This document shows, piece after piece, positions 8,399-16,540 of a DNA stretch of 19,233 nt. Position 1 is the stretch's first letter. Every line of letters begins with the position of its first letter. The DNA is from an uncultured bacterium (GTDB lineage Bacteria > Patescibacteriota > Minisyncoccia > UBA9983). Location of the stretch: contig CAJVWH010000013.1 of the NCBI GenBank assembly GCA_913009575.1, positions 1-19,233 on the forward strand, given 5' to 3'. The translations under genes were made by a program, and so were the position numbers. Under the pieces are notes generated by a model. It searched no databases, was not told the DNA's origin, and was given only the letters and a program-made list of their open reading frames with translations.

Positions 8399-8455
8399 CT
8401 ATTGGAAAGATTCAATCAGATTGAAATTCTATGTATAAAAGGAGGATGGCAAGAC

Positions 8456-9058
8456 ATGAAAAAAATATTGGTCTTTTTATTTTGGGTGATGATGGTGTTT
8501 ATTGGTCTTTATTTGGCTCTGCAATTTTGTAGAGTGGCGGAAAAAATAAAAAATGATGGGGGAAGAGAGTTGAATAAAACGGTACAAAAAAAGAGGATAA
8601 ACATTTATTACAGAGTAAGGTCCGGAGACTCCATTGAGAGAATTGCCAGAACCTTCAAAGTGCTTCCCTACCACCTGAGGGAGACGAACAAGATGGTTCC
8701 GGGTGTGGTCATTCATCCCGGCCAATTACTGAAAATACCATGGATTAAATGGCCGACTTATGAGGGAAAGGCCTCTTGGTATGGACCGGGTTTCCACGGA
8801 CGAAGGATGGCGAATAGAGATATTTATAATCAGAACAAAATTTTGGTTGCTCATCGCCACTATCCCTTCGGCACGAAACTGAAGATTACAAATTTGGAAA
8901 ATGGGAAATCTGTTGTGGCCCCCGTGCTGGATAGAGGACCCTACACAATGAAGGGCGGTAAGTATAATCGCGAGATTGACTTGTCGCTCGGCGCCGCCAA
9001 GGCGCTTGGGGCGGTGGAAAAAGGTGTTATCCCGGTTCGCATTGAACCGTTAGGATAA
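8456..9058 (+). CDS. LysM + RlpA-like double-psi beta-barrel cell-wall protein
   Basis: GGAGG lies 10 nt upstream of the ATG at 8456. The protein has a signal/TM segment (ILVFLFWVMMVFIGLYL), a LysM domain (YRVRSGDSIERIARTF...PGQLLKIP) and an RlpA/DPBB core (GKASWYGPGFHGRRMANRDIY...VAPVLDRGPY...REIDLSLGAAKALG). Confidence 0.85.
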   Translation: MKKILVFLFWVMMVFIGLYLALQFCRVAEKIKNDGGRELNKTVQKKRINIYYRVRSGDSIERIARTFKVLPYHLRETNKMVPGVVIHPGQLLKIPWIKWPTYEGKASWYGPGFHGRRMANRDIYNQNKILVAHRHYPFGTKLKITNLENGKSVVAPVLDRGPYTMKGGKYNREIDLSLGAAKALGAVEKGVIPVRIEPLG

Positions 9059-9068
9059 ATCCATCAAG

Positions 9069-9104
9069 GCGGTTTAATCACCAAGATTAAACCGCTATTT
9101 TTTT
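9069..9104 (+). terminator. Rho-independent terminator
   Basis: GCGGTTTAATC (9069-9079) pairs with GATTAAACCGC (9085-9095) around a 5-nt loop, followed by TATTTTTTT. Confidence 0.9.
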
Positions 9105-9226
9105 AAGTTTTAATTTTTTATTCATCACTTTATGAAGAAATAGATAGGGCGGTTATTCCATGGTTAATGTTGGCGGAGTCGGAACCCCTCATAAAATTCC
9201 CACTATTTTTGTGTTAAAATGATTTT

Positions 9227-9943
9227 ATGAAAAACACTGAGCCGGTTGACCAAAATCTTTTTGAAGAAGAATCAGAGGCTAGAAAACCCACTAAGCGTGA
9301 GTTGGCCTTTCAGTACCTTCGCGTGTTTGTCGCCATTATTTCAATCGGAGGTCTTCTTTATATTTCGGGTATCTATCAGTCGTTATTGTATCGGCGGACG
9401 CCGGCAAACGTCATCCAGCAAAAAGTGAAGAGCATGCTCAATGCTGAAACAATCACTGTTCCTTTGCGGGTTTTCGTTTTTGTAAATAAAAAATCAGGAT
9501 CTGAAAGGTCAAAAAAAGATGTTGAACGGCTGGTTGAGAACGCGTCAAGAATATGGAAACAGGCGGAGATTAAATTAAGCATAGAAAAAATTGTTTTTCT
9601 TAAATCAAACGATCAAGAAATTGAGGCGTTTCTTAATAATCCCGGTGTTTTTGTGTCCAATCTTAAAGATTACAATAGCCGGCGAATTAATGTCTTTTTA
9701 AAAAAATCCCTAAGGGGATTAAACGGAATCGCTTTTATCGGCTTGGGGGCTGTCGTTGTGGCTGACTTTACCACTGATTATGATTTCAGGGTTCTCGGGC
9801 ATGAAATCGGGCATATTCTCGGTTTGAATCATGTGTTAAATGACAAGAGGCGCTTAATGTCGCAAGGCAGCGACGGGATCAACCTGACACTTGAAGAGGT
9901 TACGCAGGCGCGCCAAGCATCCTTGAATTTTATGTTAAAATAA
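9227..9943 (+). CDS. Membrane-anchored metzincin-type zinc metalloprotease
   Basis: It carries HEIGHILGLNH (HExxHxxGxxH) with a downstream Met (RRLMSQG) and an N-terminal TM (VFVAIISIGGLLYISGIY). An extended -10 box, TGTTAAAAT (9212-9220), sits 6 nt before the ATG. Confidence 0.7.
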   Translation: MKNTEPVDQNLFEEESEARKPTKRELAFQYLRVFVAIISIGGLLYISGIYQSLLYRRTPANVIQQKVKSMLNAETITVPLRVFVFVNKKSGSERSKKDVERLVENASRIWKQAEIKLSIEKIVFLKSNDQEIEAFLNNPGVFVSNLKDYNSRRINVFLKKSLRGLNGIAFIGLGAVVVADFTTDYDFRVLGHEIGHILGLNHVLNDKRRLMSQGSDGINLTLEEVTQARQASLNFMLK

Positions 9944-9947
9944 ATTG

Positions 9948-10376
9948 ATGGCAAAGACTAAAATGAGAATTTGCAGCGCTTGTTTGCTTGGAATAAAATG
10001 CCGGTATGATGGCAAGAGCAAGTTAAACAAAAAAGTTATTGAGTTATCACAAAAGGAATTTTTGATTCCTGTTTGCCCAGAACAATTGGGCGGCTTGCCA
10101 ACGCCAAGAGAGCCGGCGGAACAGCGAGGAAAAAAAGTTTTTACAAAATCAGGAAGAAATATTTCAAAAAATTTTGAAGCGGGTGCGAAACAAGTTTTGA
10201 AAATCGCAAAACTGTTGGGCGTTAAAGAAGCAATTTTAAAGCAACGAAGCCCTTCTTGCGGATATGGCCGGATTCACAGCGGCGCTTTTTCTGGAAATAT
10301 TGTGAAGGGCAGCGGAACCACGGCCTTTTTATTGAAAAAGAATGGAATTAAAATAATAACAGAAAAAGATTTATAA
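9948..10376 (+). CDS. DUF523 (TudS-like, Cys-rich) protein
   Basis: The pattern CSACLLGIKCRYDGKS...CPE...SPSCG is characteristic of DUF523. The ATG at 9948 is preferred over the adjacent TTG at 9945. Confidence 0.75.
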   Translation: MAKTKMRICSACLLGIKCRYDGKSKLNKKVIELSQKEFLIPVCPEQLGGLPTPREPAEQRGKKVFTKSGRNISKNFEAGAKQVLKIAKLLGVKEAILKQRSPSCGYGRIHSGAFSGNIVKGSGTTAFLLKKNGIKIITEKDL

Positions 10377-10431
10377 AAAGAAAATATTGTGCTAATATCT
10401 AAATACGAACCCCATTAAAAATCACTGAATT

Positions 10432-11079
10432 ATGAATTATAAAATTTCTAACGGAGTGAAAAAATTATTTTTTGACATTGAAACGATTCCGGCGGCGGAA
10501 AAATCATGGGAGACTTTGCGCCTTTTGCACGAGAAAAATCTGCAGAAAAACAGGAAAAAAGGCAAATCAGTTGAGGATTTTGAACACTATCTTTTAAAAA
10601 CCTCTTTTGATGGCGCTTTTGGCAGAATTCTTTGTATTGGCTACGCGATAAACGATAACTTGGTTGAAATTCTGCACGAAGAAGGCGATGAAAAGAAAAT
10701 TCTTGAAAAGTTTTGGAAGATAGCCAAAGACGTTGATTTGTTTATCGGCCATAACGTTATGGATTTTGATTTGAGATTTATTTACCAGCGTTCAATAATT
10801 AAAAATGTCAGGCCCAGCCGAGATTTGAATTTTGCCAGATACAGAAATAATCCGATATTTGACACAATGAAGGAGTGGGTAAAATGGTCCATGTCCAATA
10901 TTGGCTTGGAGGCTTTGGCATTGGCTTTGGGGATTCCTACGCCCAAAGACGGCATTGACGGCTCGCAAGTTTACAATTTTTACAAAGACGGGAAAATTAA
11001 TGAGATTTTGGATTATTGCAAAAGGGACGTTGAAACAACCCGCGCCGTGTATAAAAAGATGGTGTTTGAGGAAATATGA
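10432..11079 (+). CDS. RNase H-fold 3'-5' exonuclease (PolB-exonuclease-like, DEDDy type)
   Basis: Exo I is FFDIETIP, Exo II is GHNVMDFDLRFIYQRS, and Exo III is YCKRDVETT. Confidence 0.75.
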   Translation: MNYKISNGVKKLFFDIETIPAAEKSWETLRLLHEKNLQKNRKKGKSVEDFEHYLLKTSFDGAFGRILCIGYAINDNLVEILHEEGDEKKILEKFWKIAKDVDLFIGHNVMDFDLRFIYQRSIIKNVRPSRDLNFARYRNNPIFDTMKEWVKWSMSNIGLEALALALGIPTPKDGIDGSQVYNFYKDGKINEILDYCKRDVETTRAVYKKMVFEEI

Positions 11080-11176
11080 AAAACTACGCGAAAGTTGGGA
11101 AAAAACAAGGGAAACCGGCGTATCGGACACCCTCGTCTTTTATATCCAAAAAAGGGCTGAAGGTTAATAAACAGCG

Positions 11177-11464
11177 ATGCAGAAAATCAAAATCAAAATA
11201 AAGAAAAAAAGTGATAACTGCTGGGTTTTTGGAGTTCAGGTTGAAGAAATGAAATATGAAGCGAAGCTTAATAAGGAGTACTATGAGAAGTTGACTGATG
11301 GTAAAATTGAGCCGGATGAGTTGGTAAAAAAATCTTTTGAATTTTTATTAGAGCGCGAGCCAAAGGAATCAATTTTACGGGAATTCAATCTTTCCGTAAT
11401 TTTCCGCTATTTTCCGGAATATGAAAAAGAGATTAAAAAACAGGTTATATGTAAATTTAAATGA
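11177..11464 (+). CDS. Conserved hypothetical small protein
   Basis: This is a 95-aa ORF whose stop overlaps the trmH-like start (ATGA at 11461-11464). The C-terminal block SFEFLLEREPKESILREFNLSVIFRYFPEYE looks like a conserved family. Its function is unknown to me. Confidence 0.55.
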   Translation: MQKIKIKIKKKSDNCWVFGVQVEEMKYEAKLNKEYYEKLTDGKIEPDELVKKSFEFLLEREPKESILREFNLSVIFRYFPEYEKEIKKQVICKFK

Positions 11465-11937
11465 ATAAAAATATTTTTGTCGTTTTGCATAATATTCGAA
11501 GCCTCAACAATGTCGGCTCAATTTTCAGAACGGCGGACGGTGCCGGCGTTCTGAAGATTTTTCTCACGGGATACACTCCAGCGCCTGTTGATTCTTTTAA
11601 TAGAGAGCGCAAAGAGATTCACAAAACCGCTTTAGGCGCGGAGAAATTCATTGAATGGGAAAAAACCGGAGATATCGGCAAATTAATTAAAAAATTAAGA
11701 AAGGAGGGTGTTTGTGTGGTGGCGGTGGAGCAATCGCCAAAAGCGATTGATTATAAAAAATTCAAACCGAAATTTCCTCTAGCGATTATTTTGGGCAATG
11801 AGGTGAGAGGGTTGAGCAAGAAAGTCTTGGAAAAATGCGGCGCAATCGCGCAGATACCGATGTGCGGGAAAAAAGAATCGCTTAATATCGCCGTGGCCGC
11901 GGGTATCGCGCTTTATGAATTTAAGAATAAGATATGA
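11461..11937 (+). CDS. SpoU/TrmH-family RNA 2'-O-methyltransferase
   Basis: SPOUT motifs are present: NVGSIFRTADGAG, LGNEVRGLS, IPMCGKKESLNIAVAAGIALYE. Confidence 0.85.
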   Translation: MNKNIFVVLHNIRSLNNVGSIFRTADGAGVLKIFLTGYTPAPVDSFNRERKEIHKTALGAEKFIEWEKTGDIGKLIKKLRKEGVCVVAVEQSPKAIDYKKFKPKFPLAIILGNEVRGLSKKVLEKCGAIAQIPMCGKKESLNIAVAAGIALYEFKNKI

Positions 11938-12152
11938 AAATATCCGTTAAAGTGAAAACCGGCGCAAAAAAAGAAAAAGTGGAAGAAATCAGCGCAGGCG
12001 TTTTTTTGGTGTCAGTAAAAGAACAGCCGGAAAAAGGCAAAGCCAACCAAGCCGTTATAAAGGCGCTTGCTAAACACTTTAAGGCGCCGATAAGCGAAGT
12101 TAAAATTCTCTCCGGACGAACCTCCCGCCTGAAGATTGTCAAAATAGGGTAA
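11934..12152 (+). CDS. DUF167 (YggU-like) protein
   Basis: This is a 72-aa ORF with an ATGA overlap to the upstream gene. The pattern KVKTGAKKEKV...PEKGKANQAVIKALAKHF...V.ILSGRTSRLKIV is typical of DUF167. Confidence 0.75.
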   Translation: MKISVKVKTGAKKEKVEEISAGVFLVSVKEQPEKGKANQAVIKALAKHFKAPISEVKILSGRTSRLKIVKIG

Positions 12153-12250
12153 AAACTCACTGCCAATTTATCCACTTTACTTTTTTGGGAGAAAAATCAA
12201 TAATCAATGCAGAAAAAGAATTTTTAAAAAACTATATAAAGGAGGAATGT

Positions 12251-12808
12251 ATGGCAAGAGAAAATTTATCCGTAAAAATACTGGTTTTTGGTTATTTATC
12301 AGGGGATTTGTGGGAGACATACGAGAAATTGTTGATGGGCTTGAATACGAGTCCGTCGGCCATGATACTTAAGAAAAAATTACCAATTGACTGCAGAGAA
12401 AAATTGAATTGCCTTCAGAACGTGGAACTGGAAAAGCCGTTTTATATTCCCATAGTTGAAGGGGATGAAATTGCTGATTTGAAAAATATGGCCAATGCGA
12501 TAAGAAATAAGTTGGGAATAACAATGAATTCAAGTCAGTCATTGGCAATGTTATTGACGGCAAGGTCCAGGTATTTTTACAAAAGGTTTTGTGCTCTTGC
12601 TAAAAAGGAGGGAATAATTCTCGCCGAAACCGGAATACGATATGAAATTTCCAAGGATAATGGAAATATGGCGGTTTTCTTGCCCAAACCGGAATCTCAA
12701 ATTGATTTAATGATTATCCATCAAGGAAGCAAGAATTACTCCTATTCCCTGAAAATCAATAATTGGAATATGCACCAATCTTTCGCCAAAATGATAAGTG
12801 GCTGCTGA
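12251..12808 (+). CDS. Hypothetical protein
   Basis: The ORF is open from 12185 (TTG), but AAGGAGGA lies 5-12 nt upstream of the ATG at 12251. I recognise no motif. Confidence 0.55.
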   Translation: MARENLSVKILVFGYLSGDLWETYEKLLMGLNTSPSAMILKKKLPIDCREKLNCLQNVELEKPFYIPIVEGDEIADLKNMANAIRNKLGITMNSSQSLAMLLTARSRYFYKRFCALAKKEGIILAETGIRYEISKDNGNMAVFLPKPESQIDLMIIHQGSKNYSYSLKINNWNMHQSFAKMISGC

Positions 12809-12819
12809 TTATTGTGAAT

Positions 12820-12854
12820 ATCCCCGCGCAAAATAAAGCGCGGGGATTTTTTTG
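12820..12854 (+). terminator. Rho-independent terminator
   Basis: ATCCCCGCGC (12820-12829) pairs with GCGCGGGGAT (12838-12847) around an 8-nt loop, followed by T7. Confidence 0.9.
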
Positions 12855-12860
12855 AGTAAT

Positions 12861-12889
12861 TTGCGCGTCTGCGGCGGTTATAGTATAAT
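12861..12889 (+). promoter_or_regulatory. Sigma70-type promoter for uppS
   Basis: TTGCGC (12861-12866), 17-nt spacer, TATAAT (12884-12889). The ATG lies 12 nt downstream with no SD. Confidence 0.6.
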
Positions 12890-12901
12890 AAACAAACAAT
12901 T

Positions 12902-13600
12902 ATGAAAAATAAGAAAACAAATATTCCTTACCATATTGCCATGATAATGGATGGCAACAGGCGCTGGGCGAAAAAACGCGGTTCAATCTCTTTGGCGGGG
13001 CATAAGAAGGGCTTTGAGAATTTTAAAAAAATCGCGGAAGAATGCTGGAATCTCGGCGTAAAAATTTTGACCGTTTACGCTTTTTCAACGGAGAATTGGA
13101 AACGGAGCGAAAAAGAAATTAATTATCTAATGAAATTGTTTGAACGGATTTTGAGCAAGGAAAAATCTTTTTTTAGGAAACATGATGTAAAATTAAATGT
13201 AATCGGGCAGACCGAAAGATTGCCGAAAGAACTAAAGAAAATGATTTATGAAACAATGAAGGAAACGAAAAATAATGAAACAGGTATTTTGAATCTGGCG
13301 ATCAGTTATGGCGGACGGCAGGAAATTTTAGAGGCGGTAAAAAAAGTCATTAATAAAAAGACGGCATCAGCGAAATTAACCGAAAAGGTTTTTGAAAGCT
13401 GCCTCTACACAGCCGGCCAGCCCGACCCCGACCTCCTTATCCGCACCGGCGGAGAAATGCGCCTTTCCGGCTTTCTGCCGTGGCAGTCCGTCTACTCGGA
13501 ACTTTATTTCAGTGATAGGCTTTGGCCGGATTTTTCAATATCGGATTTGAAAGGAGCGATTAAGGAATTTCAAAGGCGCCAAAGAAGATTTGGAAAGTAA
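12902..13600 (+). CDS. uppS: Isoprenyl transferase (undecaprenyl-diphosphate synthase)
   Basis: Hallmark cis-prenyltransferase blocks are HIAMIMDGNRRWAKKRG, GHKKGFEN, YAFSTENWKRS and LIRTGGEMRLSGFLPWQSVYSELYF. Confidence 0.93.
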   Translation: MKNKKTNIPYHIAMIMDGNRRWAKKRGSISLAGHKKGFENFKKIAEECWNLGVKILTVYAFSTENWKRSEKEINYLMKLFERILSKEKSFFRKHDVKLNVIGQTERLPKELKKMIYETMKETKNNETGILNLAISYGGRQEILEAVKKVINKKTASAKLTEKVFESCLYTAGQPDPDLLIRTGGEMRLSGFLPWQSVYSELYFSDRLWPDFSISDLKGAIKEFQRRQRRFGK

Positions 13601-13626
13601 TTTTATTATGTTAAAATAAGCCATAT

Positions 13627-14241
13627 ATGTTTTATGTTTTCATCCTTCTTGCTCTTCTCGGAGCAGGTATCGGTTTGTTCCCGGTCCCGGAAGAAATCAT
13701 CGTCTTAAGCGCCGGTGTTGGCATTCAGCAGAAATTGGGCAGTATTTTTGTTATTTTTGCGGTGGTTTTCATTGGAGTAATTATGGGCGACATCATTCTT
13801 TTTCATCTTGGGAGAAAATATGGCGAAAAAATGTTTAATATAAAAATTTTTTCTTTTTTTCTCCCCAAAAAAAATGTTGAAAAAGTGCAAAAAGTCTTCA
13901 ACGGCCATGCCGGAAAACTTATTTTTATCGCAAGATTTGTTTCCGGATTGCGGGCAATAGTTTTTTTTGTTTCCGGAATGTCAAAAATTAGGCTGGGAAT
14001 ATTTGTTTTTGTTGATACGATTGCCAATCTAATCTATATTCCCTTTTTCCTTTTTCTCGGCTACAGATTTTCTTATGATATATCAAGATTGATTCATGGC
14101 TTCACGCAAATTTACCATGTGATTGAAATTGCCATAATTTTGGCGATTGTCAGCTGGTTTACTTTTAGGTTGTCTAAAAAAATCTTTAGCAATTCACAAG
14201 CTGTTGACAAATCACAAAATAAAGCACAATATTTATCATAG
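13627..14241 (+). CDS. DedA / VTT-domain membrane protein
   Basis: The protein is multi-TM with the DedA-type motifs GDIILFHLGRKYGEKM and FIARFVSGLRA. Confidence 0.8.
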   Translation: MFYVFILLALLGAGIGLFPVPEEIIVLSAGVGIQQKLGSIFVIFAVVFIGVIMGDIILFHLGRKYGEKMFNIKIFSFFLPKKNVEKVQKVFNGHAGKLIFIARFVSGLRAIVFFVSGMSKIRLGIFVFVDTIANLIYIPFFLFLGYRFSYDISRLIHGFTQIYHVIEIAIILAIVSWFTFRLSKKIFSNSQAVDKSQNKAQYLS

Positions 14242-14263
14242 AAAAAAAGTCAAGGAGGAAAAA

Positions 14264-14395
14264 ATGAAAAAGAATCTTTTTATGACAAATGAAGAATATC
14301 ATTCCCGCCACGAAAATGATGGAACTGCGGAAATGGCTGGTTTTTGTTTTTTAATGGCGTTGGCTTGCGTAATACTCGCCATAATAATTTTTTAA
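14264..14395 (+). CDS. Small (43-aa) tail-anchored membrane peptide, hypothetical
   Basis: AAGGAGGA (14252-14259) lies 4 nt upstream of the ATG at 14264. The translation is MKKNLFMTNEEYHSRHENDGTAEMAGFCFLMALACVILAIIIF, with a single C-terminal TM helix. It is the in-frame internal start of the listed 14147..14395 ORF, whose upstream part overlaps dedA. Confidence 0.45.
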   Translation: MKKNLFMTNEEYHSRHENDGTAEMAGFCFLMALACVILAIIIF

Positions 14396-14497
14396 GAATT
14401 GAATGGTTTGAGAGGGCTTCAATTGTCCAAACTTTCCTGACATAGGTTGGAGGGGCTGAAGGTTTAAATTCTTTCATCCCTTCCACCCACTGCCAGA

Positions 14498-14527
14498 GCC
14501 CTTTGCTTTATGCAAAGCGGCTTTTTT
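14498..14527 (+). terminator. Rho-independent terminator
   Basis: GCCCTTTGC pairs with GCAAAG(C)GGC (9 bp, one bulged C) around loop TTTAT, followed by T6 (14522-14527). Confidence 0.8.
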
Positions 14528-14609
14528 GTTATAATTGACAGTAAGGGGAAAACAGAGATTTATCCATGTTTCAATCAAATGAACCAGTTATAAACGGTAT
14601 AATATTTCA

Positions 14610-15275
14610 ATGTCTAGAATTATTAAGCTGAAAACAAATGATGAGGTGGCGATAGCGGGTGATTTTTATCCACTAGAGGAAAAAACAGCTCCCGCGGTCG
14701 TTCTGCTTCATATGATGCCTTCCACCAAGGAAAGCTGGAGAAATTTCGCCAAGAAGTTAAACCAAGCCGGATTCCAAGTGCTGGCGATTGATTTGCGCGG
14801 ACACGGCGAATCAGGGGGCGGTCCGGGCGGCTACAGGAGTTTCAGCGATGAGGAGCATAAGGCGAGCATCAACGATGTTGAGGCCGCTGTGGAATTTTTT
14901 ATTTCAAGAGGTGTGCCTTTTAAAAAAATTTCTTTGGCAGGTGCTTCAATCGGCGCCAATCTTTCTTTGCAATTTCAGTCCGAACATTCGGAAATTAAAG
15001 CAGGGGTGTTGTTTTCGCCGGGATTGAGTTATCATGGAATTGATACTGAGCCGATGGTGAAAAAAATACAACCGGATCAGTCGGTTTTTTTGGCGGCAGG
15101 CGGAGAAAATGATGAGTATTCCACTGAAACCGCGCAAAAACTTTTTAACGCCTTAAAATCAAAGAACAAACAAATAAAAATTTTTCATAATGCCGGCCAC
15201 GGTACGACGATGTTTATGGAGGAACCGGCCTTGATGAACGAAATTATAAATTGGTTAAAACAAATATACTTGTAA
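14610..15275 (+). CDS. Alpha/beta-fold hydrolase
   Basis: It has the HG oxyanion region (VVLLHMMPS), the nucleophile elbow GASIG and a C-terminal His (NAGHGT). TATAAT (14598-14603) sits 6 nt before the ATG. Confidence 0.8.
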   Translation: MSRIIKLKTNDEVAIAGDFYPLEEKTAPAVVLLHMMPSTKESWRNFAKKLNQAGFQVLAIDLRGHGESGGGPGGYRSFSDEEHKASINDVEAAVEFFISRGVPFKKISLAGASIGANLSLQFQSEHSEIKAGVLFSPGLSYHGIDTEPMVKKIQPDQSVFLAAGGENDEYSTETAQKLFNALKSKNKQIKIFHNAGHGTTMFMEEPALMNEIINWLKQIYL

Positions 15276-15307
15276 ATTTGAAATCTAAAACATGGATTTA
15301 AATTTTT

Positions 15308-16282
15308 ATGATTAAAGTTGGTGTATTAATGGGAGGACCTTCGGCAGAAAGCGGAATCTCCATGAAAACCGGAGAGAGCGTACTGGCGAATTTGCCTAAA
15401 AATTATTTTGGCAAAGACATTGTAATTTCAAAACAAGGCGATTGGCTTTTTAACGGCGCGTTTTCGCACCCGGAAAAAATTCTCCGGTCGGTTGATGTTG
15501 TTTTTAACGCCCTCCACGGCGTTTTTGGTGAAGACGGAAAGGTTCAGCAGATTTTAGAAGTTTTCGGGGTTCCATACACCGGCTCGGCGGTGCTCGCTTC
15601 GGCGGTCGGGATGAATAAGATTTTGGCTCGGGAGTTTTTCGGCAAAGCGGGGCTTCTTACACCTCTGGCCGCGGCGAATAAAGAAAATGAGCCGTCTGTT
15701 GAATTTGCCAAAAGGGTTTTAAGAACAATGGGTCCGGCATGGGTCGTAAAGCCCGCGTCTTCCGGTTCGTCGGTCGGGGTTTCCATTGCCCGCGACTTTG
15801 ATGCTTTGGTTTCCGCCGTTGAAGCAGCGCTTGCCTACGGTCCGAGAGTCATTGTTGAGGAATTTATTGAGGGGAGGGAGGCGACATGCGGAGTTGTTGA
15901 TGATTTTAGAAAACAGGAATATTACGCTTTGCCGGTCATTGAGATTATTCCGCCGGAAAAATCGGATTTCTTTGATTATGACGCGAAGTATGGCGGAGAA
16001 ACACGCGAAGTTTGTCCGGCGAATTTTGACCAGCCGGTAAAGACGGCAATGGAGGATATGGCGCGCAAAGCGCATAAGGCGCTCGGCTGTCGGCATTATT
16101 CCCGCGCCGACTTCATCGTTTCCAAACGCCGCGCCAACGGCGAAACAAAAATTTATATTTTGGAAGTGAACACCTTGCCTGGTCTTACAACAGAATCTCT
16201 GTTGCCGAAAGCGATTAACGCGATCGGTTCCTCCTACTCTGAATTTCTAGACCATCTTTTAACTCTTGCGTTGAAGAAATAA
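15308..16282 (+). CDS. ddl: D-alanine--D-alanine ligase
   Basis: Ddl blocks are present: GVLMGGPSAESGISMKTG, HGVFGEDGKVQQILEVFGVPYTGS, VKPASSGSSVGVSI and LEVNTLPGLT. Confidence 0.93.
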   Translation: MIKVGVLMGGPSAESGISMKTGESVLANLPKNYFGKDIVISKQGDWLFNGAFSHPEKILRSVDVVFNALHGVFGEDGKVQQILEVFGVPYTGSAVLASAVGMNKILAREFFGKAGLLTPLAAANKENEPSVEFAKRVLRTMGPAWVVKPASSGSSVGVSIARDFDALVSAVEAALAYGPRVIVEEFIEGREATCGVVDDFRKQEYYALPVIEIIPPEKSDFFDYDAKYGGETREVCPANFDQPVKTAMEDMARKAHKALGCRHYSRADFIVSKRRANGETKIYILEVNTLPGLTTESLLPKAINAIGSSYSEFLDHLLTLALKK

Positions 16283-16286
16283 ATCC

Positions 16287-16321
16287 TTTTTCTATTCTGA
16301 TTTTCTATTTTTCTATTCTGA
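16287..16321. repeat. Direct repeat TTTTTCTATTCTGA x2 with an intervening partial copy
   Basis: Identical 14-mers lie at 16287-16300 and 16308-16321, separated by TTTTCTA. The core TTTCTAT therefore occurs three times, just after the ddl stop. Confidence 0.8.
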
Positions 16322-16327
16322 CAAAAA

Positions 16328-16341
16328 TGACCGATCGGTCA
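16328..16341. other. Perfect 14-bp palindrome TGACCGATCGGTCA
   Basis: The palindrome is seen directly at 16328-16341. On the minus strand it is followed by T5, which would suit a terminator for minus-strand transcription. It could equally be a dimeric operator site. Confidence 0.6.
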
Positions 16342-16540
16342 AAATTGTAAGGATGAGATTTTTGAGAAACCCTGCTTTAAAAAATCTTGGTGGTGTTTGC
16401 TGGACGAAATCCGAACTCATTTTGAGAAAAATTCGCAAGTGGATTTTTAATTCCGACTCAGCGTTTCCGCCCGCCTCCGCTTTGCTTCCGCCGCTGCCGA
16501 ATTTCGCGCCAATGAAACTGGCGCGCCGCCTAAATTTATA

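Noticed and set aside
8396-8455. Upstream extensions of ORFs (8396 for the LysM-RlpA gene, 12185 TTG for the hypothetical protein, 6568 TTG for the permease, 14147 for the small peptide, 9945 TTG for DUF523)
   Set aside because: Internal ATGs with proper SD sites, or positions just after the upstream stop, are better starts. The 8396 start also lies within or upstream of the predicted promoter's -10 box.
11076-11201. 41-codon highly basic ORF (MKNYAKVGKKQGKPAYRTPSSF…) whose ATG overlaps the exonuclease stop as ATGA
   Set aside because: It runs 25 nt into the better-supported 11177 ORF in another frame. Its Lys richness simply reflects A-rich sequence, and I recognise no family. The 10901-11167 ORF on the track is likewise an out-of-frame overlap of the exonuclease 3' end.
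14280-14486. 68-aa minus-strand ORF across the small-peptide gene and its 3' region, considered as a possible antitoxin or antisense product
   Set aside because: It has no promoter or SD on the minus strand and no recognisable motif. It overlaps a plus-strand ORF with a far stronger initiation signal.
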